Position numbers and translations under genes: made by a program | From: Chrysomallon squamiferum | Taxonomy: Eukaryota; Animalia; Mollusca | Length of the DNA: 64,000 nt | Assembly: GCA_012295275.1 (NCBI GenBank) | Contig: CM022670.1 | Coordinates: forward strand, 14,012,001 to 14,076,000 | Direction of reading: 5' to 3' | The notes under the pieces: model-generated | The model's database searches: none | The model's input: the letters and a program-made list of their open reading frames with translations, nothing else | Told to the model about the DNA's origin: nothing | Part shown: positions 1-13,236 of the stretch, one piece after another | Position numbering within the stretch: position 1 is the stretch's first letter | How the letters are laid out: each line of letters opens with the position of its first letter

Positions 1-679
1 TTAAAATGAGAATGGCATAAAGTAAAAAAATAAAAAATAAAAAATAAAATAGACGTTTTTAGACCAGCTAACTGTCGTTCTTTATTGTTAGGAAAGCATG
101 ACTACTACATGTGAAGTAAGGTTAACAGCAACGAACAGAACTCACACCTGTTTTGACACTGACCTATGATTTCTCTTACAGCGAAACATCTGACATCACC
201 GCAAAATTACACCTTTTACACTGATTTATTCATTAGAATATCTTGTACTAAACTGTAATAATTTTTTTTATACTGTTCATCTCTGTAATAATAAGCGTAC
301 AAATCTATAGATTAGGTGCTGAGAACCACAACGTTGATTTGAAGATGTAAAACGGACATCGTAACGAAAAGTAGCTAAGACATGTTTTTGATGAAATGGT
401 GGAGAGAGGCAACACAGAGGGATTGACTGGGTAATCTGAGGTCAGCATACTGTTATGGTCACCACTATCGCAAAGGCTATTCGGTACGATTAGACGCAAG
501 ATTTCTTTTATATGACCTTTGTCATTCAACCATGGCTTTTGATGAACAGTTCTGAATTTCTGACGTTCTGATGAACAGAAGAATTGGCGCATTGAAGAGG
601 ACTGATCCTGCAGCCTGTCATGTTTCAGTTTTTCATTTTAAGCAGTAAGTTTGCTCAGACGGCAGATGCGACGCCCGTG

Positions 680-712
<33 letters not shown>

Positions 713-987
713 ACGTAAGACGTAAGAATGGCATATTATTAAATCAATAAGCCATAGCATACGTGTTGCTCCAGTATTTAGACTGCGATGAATATAATTT
801 TTCATTATAATAAACAAACAAACAAACAAATAAACAAACAAACAAACAAATAAATAAATAAATAAATAAATAAATAAATGAAAAACGAAATTATAGCTTG
901 CATATGGAATATGCCACCAGTTGTTCTTATGTAGTAATTAAATTCGATAATTAGATTTTCTTTGTTCTAAATGAAAACAGTAAAAAA

Positions 988-1027
<40 letters not shown>

Positions 1028-2239
1028 TGCTGTCGATAATGTTGTTCATGACAATGTTAGGTAACACTGTTGCTATTTTTTAATTTGCGTCAAATATAAT
1101 TTACCTCATTGATTTTCCGATGACAATATTAACAAAATAATAATAATAAAAAACAATAATAAATAAAAATAAATAAATAAATATGTTTTGCGAATTACGC
1201 TTATTCATACTCATCGGAAAAGTATGTTGGTGGTAAATTTGTTAAAATAGTTATTATTTCTTACCTTCTTATTTTCATTTTTTATTTTTTCTCCCCATCA
1301 TTTCAAACATAATGCAATTTACTCATATTCTATAAATAAACTGGTGGAGAATAGCTGAGGTGGGTAAAACAGAATTTGATGAAGATTTACACCAATCAGT
1401 AATTACCAACAGACACAGTTTAGCAGACGACGTATCACGTGACCAGATATAACCAACACAGCAACTGAACCTTCTGTTGTTAGGCATTATTTTCTTTATT
1501 GCTTTTCAAAACACAAGAGTTCTTTCTAAAAGAGCACTGAACTCTTCACTTGTAAATATTGTCGCAAATAACTTTGGCGATCAACGACCTCCAAACTAAA
1601 ATTCTTTCAATTTACCAGAACTAGATAACAGGTTGTTATTTTTTTCTTCTATTTTTTGAATATTTTTTTTTTTTGTGTTTGTTTTGTTTTAGTCCTAGCA
1701 GATGACTGCAAGATAACGTTCTATCCCTACAAATCTTGCTAATTATACTGATTATCGTCTGCTCGCTGACTGAATACAACGGCTCATTTTAACAACAAAT
1801 ATCAAAGTTGGCTGCTGCGTTGGTGTAAGATCTTAAGATATAGTTAACTAAAGTAGACAATGTGTTGCAAATATCAGACAGACTGAAACATATTAAGCTA
1901 ATTCAGACGGATGCGCAAAAAAAATCTTGAACTTTAGGTAGGCCTTCGCGTAGTAAGAATGAGTGATTAATGAACATCAATGCATTTCAGTACACCGGTC
2001 ATTATAATTTTTTTCCCCAAGTTTTAAAATTTAATTTTTTAATTCATTTATTAAAAATTGTTACTTCTTAACTTTGAAAATTGTTATTTCACTTCGTCAT
2101 TACTCTTTTATCATCAAACTCATAATAACGGTTGGCAGTAGAATCTGACTGCAATGTACACGGCATTTAGTTATTTGTATCTGCACATCCGAATGTTTGT
2201 CAGTTAACCATTTCATTGTGTTTGTTTCTTTAATTACTC

Positions 2240-2243
<4 letters not shown>

Positions 2244-2313
<70 letters not shown>
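2244..2313. repeat. (GA)n microsatellite
   Basis: Pure (GA) run. A similar run lies at 48122-48180. Confidence 0.95.
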
Positions 2314-2318
<5 letters not shown>

Positions 2319-3062
2319 ATGCAGTAAGAAATATTTTAAATACACCTTCCCACTGGCTAAATAGGACAAACCATGAATTCTGGTATTCCGTGCCTACATC
2401 AGATGTCGGAATAAAAAATTCCTCACTGTGATCACTAAACAGAATTGTTCCTGTAACTCTTTGCTTTCTTGTCTAATGCACTATCAACAGTCTATGTGGA
2501 AATATGTTAATGTTCAGACATTTTTTGTAACTCTATCATTTAAATTTAAAAGGACTGTCTGACAATACATTTTTAGTTTGGATACCACAAAAAACATTAT
2601 AAACACCACGTCATTTCTGAAAGTTAAAAATTGTTTTGTCCTTCTAAAAGATAATTCTAATCAAAAGTAATTAATTTTTTTTTATACATACCTTCGGCAG
2701 ACACACGTTGGACGACATTCATACTTGTAACTACCGGAAATAAGTCTTAATGAAAAATAAGGTTACCGGAAGTAGTTTTCAGACATCCTATACCAGCAAG
2801 ATATTTGTTAATGTAAGATATTTTTGATATTTAGCATTCCGGACGAGGTAGATTATTAACACAGTGAAAACAGTTCGGTGGTGTAAGAACATTTTTCTTA
2901 CAAATGAATGGGAATAGTTTGTGAAAGCAGAGAAGTTTACTGGTGTTTGAGAAAGTTTGCCATCCTGAGACATGTACCAGGAAAGTCGTAAAACGAATTC
3001 CACAACTGTTCATCTCTGTTTCAGATAGATGTTTAAAATGTACTTCTTTATTACCTTTTTCC

Positions 3063-3131
3063 TTATTATTATTATTATTATTATTATTATTAGTAGTAGT
3101 AGTAGTAATAGTATCAGTAGTACTACTACTA

Positions 3132-3180
<49 letters not shown>

Positions 3181-3350
3181 GAAGCATTACAATGGAAAGT
3201 ATTTAGTAGGTTATTGCTCTCCATATTATAATGTGCGTTTCTGTCAAGGAAGTCGTTATAAGTTCACAAAGAAGAATAAAGAAAAGGAAAATGGAACTGA
3301 AAAAAAAAAAAAAAAAAAGAAAGCCCCCTCTCACAAATATTATGAAAACA

Positions 3351-3410
<60 letters not shown>
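3063..3410. repeat. (TTA)n/(GTA)n/(TAC)n/(TAA)n trinucleotide microsatellites
   Basis: Direct inspection. They explain the poly-L/poly-N ORFs. Confidence 0.9.
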
Positions 3411-3415
<5 letters not shown>

Positions 3416-6400
3416 GATAAACAAACAATCAAACAATACAATCTATATTATTAACATTTCTAGGAATTATTAATTCTTTTATAATGCTTCACTGAAAACA
3501 GCACTACGCCATTAAGTCTATTTCAAGTCTTTGATGATTTCTCGGATTCTGTTTAATGGATCAGGAGAAGCGGCAATTTTGTAGCAACTTGCGTCATCTT
3601 TGTGGGTATCAGACACACAAATGGCTGCAAGTATTTGTAGACAATAAATCTGTTTGTAAAAGACTGCCTGAAGAAGGGCAATCTGGCCTGATAATCTTGA
3701 CGAATGTGGAAAATAATTCTTTACTACGTTGTAGCTCGAATGAATTTAATGGAAAGGATGAAGCTGGTTGCGTCATCACGTGCCATTATCAAAATTATTG
3801 CTGGAAAAAGTTTACTTTTGTATTGTTTTCATCATCACCATTTTGTTGTTGTTCATCTTATTATTGTTGTTGTTGTTGTTCTTCTTATTATTATTACTAT
3901 TGTTGTTGTTGTTATTGTTGCTACTGTTCTTATATATCAACCACTCTGTATCTTTTTATTGAATCTAACACACGATAACACATGTTACAGAAGGTGATGA
4001 ACGAATCTATCTCTAAATCTGATAAACGTATCTTGTGTGTTACCTTACATGGCTAATTGTCCGACACCGAAGTATGCAGGTACAAATAACTTTAAAAAGC
4101 CAACTAAACTACATTCAGGCCACCACTACAGCGTAGATTCTACTGCCAGCAGCCAGTATCACTAACTTCACGATGAAAGAATAACGAAGACGAAAGATGT
4201 TTGCGACGAAGAAATAAAAAAATAATATTTTTGAAACTTAAGGATAAAAACGTTTTTGTAAGGGAAGAAGAACAATATATTCAAAAATAAAGAAAGAAAG
4301 AAAAAAGAAGAAAAGATGATAACCTTATTTCCACATCAAACAGACATTAATTCAACCAAATACTACAATCTACCTTGCTCGAGCATTTATTCTCACTTAC
4401 GTCCGATTAACATTTAATTATTCGCCGTTGCATCCTTTTATCCTTACCGAACCGAATTACAGCATGCAATACGTGTTCTTACGACACATTAAATACGTTC
4501 TGTGTGCTCTATCACAAAGGGTAATTTGTGTTAAAAGATTGGGGAATTCGCCTGTCAAAGAGAACAACCTGTTGGTGGAAGATAAACATTTGTTTTTGCG
4601 GAATGTTACGTTCGTTACATGCTGGAGTACTAGGACTCACAGATAACCCATCTGTTTCTGATAAAACTCCAAAGAATCCCTCCAGCGACCTCCTGTCCAT
4701 TACACTTTTTGTCTACATCTTCTGATAATATTTGTTTACACTGTTCGCGGTAGCAAACTATTCACAGACTAGGCCAGTAGATAACTCAAGAGCCATAAGA
4801 AAGGTGTTACGAGGCAGAGTTTTATTAGTTAGAATAAAATTTTATGGTGGTTTAATGGAAGCGTTATATTGCTTTAAGAATAATTTCATGGCCTCTTGAA
4901 GATAATAAAAGAAGAAGAAGGAAAAGAAAAAAATATTAGCAAGAATGAAACAGAGTGAAAAAAATAAGCAGGGAAAAAAGATGGTTATAGATTCTGATTA
5001 CCGCATTATTATTAAAAAAATCCCAGCTGTTTCAATGGTTCTAATACGTAATTTATTTCCCATGAACCTGACTGTTCCTTATTAACATGCCAAGCAAAAG
5101 ATGTCTTGAAAATCAATTAGTTACAACCCTATTAGAACGACGGAAACTGAAACAACTTTAACTTGAGTTCTTTAAAAAAGTAACAAATTAAGAAAATTTC
5201 TTTTTTTCATGAACTAATTATGATTATCCAATTTCTTTTCCTTAGAGATAAGCCTGTAACTAGAAACTCCACACTGGATGGGCATATTTTTGAAGCTGCC
5301 ATGAAAAATTAAAAATTAAAATTAAAAATCTTTTTAAAAGATTCTTTAATTAATATCTACATGATGGTTTTTGGTGGTAAGTGAAAAAGATCAAAGAAGA
5401 CCGCAAATAAGAGAAAATGATAACAAATCTGTGTTTTATTGGTATCTCACAGAGCTAAATGTAAACAATAACAGTAATAGAACATAAATTATTATTATCA
5501 TCATCATCATCATCATCATCATCATTATAATTATTATTATAGATGATGATGACTGTAATATTTATGCCAATAATAATATCAGTAGCAGTAATAGTAACAG
5601 GTGAAATAGTAATAGTAATAGCAGTAGTAGTAGTAGAAGTAGCAGTAGGCGCAGCAGCAGCAGTAGTAGTAATGATAATAGTAGTAGTGACCGCAGTAAT
5701 GGTTGTTGTTGTAGTGATAACAATGACAGTAGTAGTATCAGGAGTAGTATCAGTAGCAATAATATCAGATCAAACACTTTTGAACATAACGGGACAGTGG
5801 CTAAGAAAGAAGTAACTAGCTCTCGGTAGCTTGTTTACCAGGCTGTCAGCGCGGGATTCCTGATGCTACCAATTAGCGCAACTGAAGTGCACGCGCTGCT
5901 GCCTAGATGTAGGCAGTCACGTGACCAGCAGTCAAAGAATTGGCAGGAATTCTTGGAATTCCAAATGGTGCGTTTATTCTTGTGGTTTTGGCCTAGTGAC
6001 CTGGGCAATTTTTGACAGGCGCTTTTTACTCACTTTCCATGACAGCAAGAAAAGAGCTCTTTCATAAGTTACTAAATTTAGTTCGTACGTTATAAAAAGC
6101 TTTCAAGAGTTATCTTTGTTCTGTGTTATGTTCTCTTCTTTATACAAAGAACAGTAACGCAGAATGGTTAATAACTGTTCTCTTCATTATACAAAGAACA
6201 CTAACACAGAATCGTTTATAACTTGCAAAGATTTCTTTTTTCGATTAGTTAACGAAGGGATGCACAAAACTCGGTATTATATACTATCGTTATTTGAAGA
6301 AGTTACGATAAAAATGTACATAATTATTTTATACTGTAAATACATTAATATTTTTGGATTTTTATAGTTGTATGATTAAACCCACATGCACCCACATTTA

Positions 6401-7013
6401 GTTAGTATTATAATATTAGACAATTTAGTAATTTAGCAGTATAGTAATCTGATACAGCGCATTAGATTATGGGATTTTGAACGTTACTATAACATGGATT
6501 TAAAGAAAAACACAACTTTTAAAATTTGATTCGTGAATCTTTGAACTATAATGCTGTTGGCATATTAAACAGGATAATGTATTAATTAGATATATATGTG
6601 CATCCGAAACTGAATTGAAAAATAACAGCAAAACTTCCAAAAATTACATAAAGTAACAAAACGAAGCTATAGAAAAAAGATATGTGATGAAACGAAAAAA
6701 GAGAAAGAGTGAAAGAAATATGAAGAATAAATGAAACTATGATAAAGAAAAATAAAGAATAAATGAAACAATGACAAACAGAAATAAGGAATAAATGAAA
6801 CAATGACAAAGAGAAAGAAGGAATAAATGAAACAGTAATAAAGAATAAATGAAACTGATAGAAAAATAAAGAAATAAAAAATTATATTATAATGAAACTG
6901 TACTGAAAACTAGGCAAATCAATATTTAAGAAAAGAATGTTAGTTAGACATGAATCGAAACGAGTCATTTCATGTAGTGATATATTTTTATTTTATATAC
7001 ACGTAACGACATG

Positions 7014-7120
7014 TTCTGTCTGCCTGTCTGTACTTTTGTCTCTCTGCCTGTTTGTACTTCTGTCTGTCTGCCTGTCTATACTTTTGTCTGTCTGCCTGTC
7101 TGTACTTCTGTCTGTCTTCT
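7014..7120. repeat. 28-bp tandem repeat (~3.5 copies)
   Basis: tctgtctgcctgtctgtacttttgtctc-like unit. Confidence 0.8.
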
Positions 7121-10100
7121 AGGGTCTGTATCTTTTAGACTGTTGTTAGTATTTTATCAGTTTTTAAGTTTTCAGTTTAATGGAATTGAAAACAAAAACA
7201 AAGTTACCCGTTTAAAACAAATTTTAGTAAATAATTATTGACTACTTTTCAGCTACAGTAAACGAAGTTAATCGAATTTTCAATTTCTGTTCGTGCCACT
7301 CCCTTGTCTTTCTTTCTTCTTAGCATATTTATCAATGGCATATTAGAATATGTAATATAATAATTTATAATTCAAATACCAAACACTTAACATTAATAAG
7401 AATAATTATCTAATTTCGTTTTTTCTCTTGCGTTCAATATCTGTTTCTTTGCTGAACACAATATATTTTTTTAATTATTTTTTTTATTACACATTAATTT
7501 TTTAATTCATTCATTATTTCATTCGTTCTTCGTTCCTTTCTCTTGCACTGACTTCATTATGCATAATTTTATTTAACTTTCTTTTCACTCAACTATTCAC
7601 ATCATTTTATTTTCAGAATTTTCACCTGCTTTTGTTCAACAGTCTGTTCATTTATTTGACTGGTTGTTTTTTGTTGCTTTTTGGGGATATGTTTATTATT
7701 TTATTCCGTCGAGCATAATCAAAGACGTACATATCTACTACACATGCATGCGGCTACTATTTGTAGAAAATTCGACTTATCAATAACTTCCATCAAACAA
7801 ACCCGGAGCACCGGCTCTCGAACTCGGAAGTCAAGAGGAAACCGTAGAGTTCCAAGCATAACAGTCGACAAGAAAATATTATTGGTATCAAAAGCGATCA
7901 CGAAGATGCGTAAGAAGCCGAGCCGAGGTGTGAAATTTGAGAAAAGGTAAACAGCACAGCGACTCGTATACAGCGGACCAAGTGTAAACAGTGTAGTAGA
8001 GACGCGCATTTCCCCACGTGCTCTCGCGCCTGGTCGCGCAACAGGTACCCTATAACGTGCATGGATGTACCTGTGGTATGCACTATGCAACTAACACTTA
8101 CTTAATCGTCCGTAAATAACTGGTTTCAAACACGAGCAAAAAGTGTGTTGCCTGTTGATAATTTATATTTATGATTGTAAGAGAATAGAAAATAGTTATA
8201 ATAAATAGAATAAAATTTAGCACCTTTTATTAGGAATAAAATTAAATTTAGTACTTTTAGTAACAGTAAAATTCAATATATATATATATATATACATTTA
8301 TTTATACTTACTTCCTTCAAAGCAAGTCTTCACAACGCCCATTTAAAGTTGTGACAGCGGACTTGTACCCATCGGACAGCACGCGACAGCAGATCAGGTA
8401 AATCCCAGGAAACATTCTCTGCAAATGGGTCAGCGCGCACCACCGGTACCCCATGTACCCTTTTCCTAAAAAAATCCACTAGGCAAATTCCAAGCAAAGA
8501 GTTGTGTATCCAAGCTGCAAGAACGTTTGAAAAAATTCCTAACGCATTTTCAAGGTAGCTTCCCCCTTTTTCTTTTTTTATTCACCCCTGCATATTCTTT
8601 TTCTTAAATTATCTTCCTGTGGAATGATGCTTCCAAGCAGTGAACAGAACGGAAATTATTTTCGTTGAATAAAAGTACAGTTACAGCACGACAGCAACCA
8701 GAGAATATTTCAGGTGGGAGACGACAAACGATGTCGAAATATTTCGTATCGAAGCACCTGCAGATATACATAACAAACCGCCATAGTTCACAGGCAGGCT
8801 GGTTCTTTCTACGTCATGCACAGTACATATAAGGTTGGGCTACGTTAGTGGCATCTGGCAACAGAAGATACCTGAAACCGACAGGGGCAAACTCTGGAAT
8901 AGATAGGATTTCACGGATTGCAGAAGACGTCTGCTCGAACGAAGGGACGCAACTCTATTAAGATGAAAGCGTAAGTTATTCGCTTGCGCAATTACTTGGC
9001 AATCAGTAGGCCTGTTCTTATCGCGGACGTAAATGTCTGCAACGACTTTTCGTAACCTCAGTTTAAATGTTAAGCATTTAAGAACGAGATAATTCAGAGT
9101 GAAACTGATAGGAAAGTGTTTAATTTTCTTTATTGAAAAGATGTTAAAATGTGAGTGTGCGAACAGAAATTAAACTTTCGTTCTTACGAATGATAAACAT
9201 GCCTACACATATATATTATATTATGGTACTGGTAATTAGTCTTTGCTAGAAATTAAATGTGATAATATTAGATTTAAACAATGTAGAAAACCTGCTGAAT
9301 GTATCAGGTTACCCAACTGGTCAGATCCATTTTCAAAATCAAACCGTTTATCCTAGTTTTTTTTTTTTTTAATTATTGTAATTATTGTAATTATTATTAT
9401 TTTATCCTTATTTTATTAAATTATTATTATTATTATTGTTATTTATTTGTTTGTTTATTTATTTATATTATTTTTATGTTTTGTTGGTGTGTGGGTGAGT
9501 TTTATCATGTTAAATATTATGTATACATTTCCCCATCACTGTTTTTTTAACGTCTGTAAACCGATAATTGATCGGCTGTAAGAAATAAATTTTACATGAA
9601 AATCCAGTTTGCTTCCCTATATTGGGTTGACAAAGTTAACAAAATTATTTAACTTTTAAGTTCACACTGTAGACAGCATTTGACATTAATGTTGTCTGTT
9701 TGTTGATCTTCAACTTTTAGCTGCTTAAAGTTAACAACTGTGATAAATTAAATAAATAAATAAATACGATTTTTAAAATGAATGTGGTAATGAAAAAATT
9801 AAAATACATTTTATTTTTCAAAAAGTTTACTGAAAAACTTTATAGGTCTGTGACCAAAAAAGTCGTGCAGCATTATTTTGGGGACTTCGTACTTATCAAA
9901 GTAGAATATATTCTCTTCTGACCGGAACCAAATTATACATAAAAACGTCCATTCATTTTAAATAAATCAGTTTCTTTACAGATGATGAAACACTTTTATT
10001 TATTTATTTTTGTTCAGTCTTGAATCTGTTAGCAAGTGCATAAAATAAATCAGGAAAAGTGTTTGAACAAATCTTTATTCTTGAAAATCGTTGTAGTACT

Positions 10101-13100
10101 AAAAGCCATGGCAATGGATATGACTTTGTAACTGACGCACTGGATTTAATATATATCATTTTTTTTCTCTCTCTCTCTCTCGTTCTTTCTTCATTTTTTT
10201 TTTTTTTTTTTCTTTCCACACTGTATTTCTCCGTATTTCAGCTGTAACGACCAGATTTACATAAGTTGTCTCTATTTCGGCTCATTTGTCCATTAGAAAC
10301 ATTGTCTTTGAGATGCCCAGATTCAGCACATTTAGACTCTCACGATCTCTGGTGGATGACGAGAATGTCCAGAGAGAGATGGTAAACGGAAGGCGCGCGC
10401 GCTCACACACACACACACACACACAGGTACACACACACATGTATGCATGCATGTACGTATGTATGTGTTTATAAATATGTGTCACGTATCTATGTATGTA
10501 AACACGCATATGTTCGTATGCTTGCGTACCTTTTTGTATAATTATGTGTGTGTGTGTATATATGTATATATATATTCACATAAATATAAAAGCACGCACG
10601 CATACGTACATTTCTAAATATATTTACACACACACACATATACATACATATACATATACATATACATATACACACACACACATACACGTCATACACACAG
10701 ACAGACACACAGGCAGACACACATATACATAGATAGACACTTACAGAAACGAAAGCAGACATTCATACATATACATATATACACAGAAGCATACACACCT
10801 ATGTGTGGATACGTTTTTATATATGTATGTACGTGTGTTTTTAATGTATGCATGTATGGGTTTACGAAATCGAGACAGACTGCTAAGTAGGTTGTTCAGC
10901 GTGGTTCTGTCGTAGATCCTGTCTTGGTTGTTATGGCGGATGGATCCAAAATAGGTGTTTCAGTAGGTTATGCTTCCCCTTCCTTACTCGTTTCCGCATT
11001 TCGGGTTCTCTCGTAGATAAGCGAATAGGTCTATTCCTCCAATGTAGCTTGTCCATTATTTTCGTTCTGTGTGAATACACCTTTAGAAAGTTAAGGTTCT
11101 TTTTTAAATGATATTGTTTCTGTGACAGTTTCAGTAAAAGTTTACGGAAATAATCGAATTTGCACAATGTTTTAATAGTTCCTTTTTGAAGCAATATGTA
11201 CCGATTTCTTGATTCGTTCAACAGACAGAGTTGTCTCTTTAGTGTCCATGTGTTAATCTTTAACACTACAGATATATTAGTCAGAACTTCAACTGCAGGG
11301 GTACATTTACACCTCGGCGTTTAGAAATCACATGTTGTTGTCAAGCTAATTATTCCAAGGAAACGACGTCACACAATGGGTTATAATCGTTTCCGTTTCC
11401 TCGATTTTGGATTACGCTATTATTTTTTTAATGCATATTTATGATGTATTATATCTGTAAGTTTTATACTTCAGTTGACTTGTTTTTATTTAAAACAGTA
11501 CTTTGTAATTACATAAATATTTGCATATTCATAAATATACACAATATTACGTCTATGTTAAATTACAAAAGAGTTTTCTTTTTTTAATTTTTTCTGTTTT
11601 TGTTATTATTTTTATTAGCTGGTTCAGATAATTTCGTTCGGAAATTTAAATGAAACCATTATTTTGAACTCTTTGGTTCCAAAGCATTTACCATTAATTA
11701 ATTAATTTATTTATTATAACAAAGAAGGATCCATGTTTTTTTTTTTCTCTACAGTTGCCAAATGATTTGATGTGTTTGGTAAACTCAACTGTAAACAGTT
11801 TACAAATAGAAATTAATTTCAGTATTAAAGTATGTGTCTGTCAAGTGAAATTCATTTTCTCTTACATTCATTCATTTTCATTCTATCTCATTCACATCGT
11901 TTTTCTATTTCTTGCTCTCTGATGAGAATGATATTCCTGTCTGTCTCTACATATGGTTCCAAGGTCAAATAATCACGATAGCTAGGGGCATTTTACAATT
12001 ACTTAGAAGTTATAAATAATGTAACAGAATAAATAAATAAATAAACAAATAAATACCTGTTGAATGTATATCAAAAATATATTAAGTGGGTTCTAGTGAC
12101 ATTTGAACAATGACAATGCTCTCATTTCTTCACGTAATTTTAATAAAACACACACAAAGTTCGTTCATATAAATTATAATTCAATTTTTTAATCAAATGT
12201 TAAATATGACATTTGTTTGCAAAAATTACATGTTCATTACAGTACTTAGTAAATGCATATATATAATAATATATAACATTTACGAGACGGAAATTTAAAA
12301 ATATCACATCTGAGGGTTCGATGAATTTTCAACAATAAAATACGAAACGACTTCTATTGATAATATTCAGGCATATCTAGTTCATGTTCACAACACAAAT
12401 CAAAATATGACAACTCCAATCACATAAATCATTACGTATTTGAATAAATAACAATAACTTTTTACATATTATATAAATCATTACTTGCTGATATATGAAC
12501 TTTAGTGCATTGTTTTTCAGTTATAAATAAATTAATCAGATATTTCGTTAATATTTGTTATTTTGAATGACAAAAACCTGTTAGTCATTACAAGTTCATA
12601 AAATCTAATCAACAAAGTTCAATGAAAATAAACTGAATTACCTCTGTTACGTTTTGCTGCATATCACCTGTGACAGACAACCAATGAAACTATTTCTTTC
12701 TCAGAGATCTATTACTGATGACCTATCAGCTTCTTTTATCCGAATCGCCATGTGAATGATAACCAATCAAATTGTTTGTTATATGATATACATTAACTGA
12801 GCTAAGCAGTAAGACACCAATCACTGGGTTGTTTGTGAATACATAATAATGATTTTATCACAGTCGAGCTTTAAGATGTTAAATAGGACCACAAAGAAAT
12901 AATTGTTATTATTTTCTTGTGCTGTCCTGATATTTTGAAGTATCTGTTTCAATATAATAATGTTACAATCAATTATATATATATTTTAAAAGTTTTAACA
13001 ATCCTTCATTTTACTATATTCAAATAACCATGACTCAATAACTAATTTAGACAATTTACTATTTTTTAGATTTTTCTAGTTCATTAATGTAAACTTATGT

Positions 13101-13236
13101 AAACATTCTAAAGCTTTTGTCACCTATTTTCATGAGGATAGTCAGATTTCTATCATATTTTCAAGGTAGAATATGGATTTATATACATTCAAAGATATGT
13201 TTGTGGTCCATGCATTCAAACAAATATTCATTTTCG

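Noticed and set aside
2831-5815. Poly-L/N/V/C ORFs (2831-3473, 3704-3997, 5543-5815 and similar elsewhere)
   Set aside because: They are translations of trinucleotide microsatellites.
10931-11266. 111-aa - strand ORF as a further OFD1 exon or separate gene
   Set aside because: OFD1 already terminates at 13237 with its conserved tail. There is no recognisable domain and no ATG start.
12670-12830. Spaced CCAAT boxes suggesting a promoter
   Set aside because: They lie just downstream of the OFD1 stop with no associated gene start, and such motifs are common.
12820-12880. miR-2-family-like sequence TATCACAGTCGAGCTTT
   Set aside because: Only the seed matches and the hairpin is weak. It reads equally as a K-box (CTGTGATA) on the OFD1 3'UTR strand or as chance.
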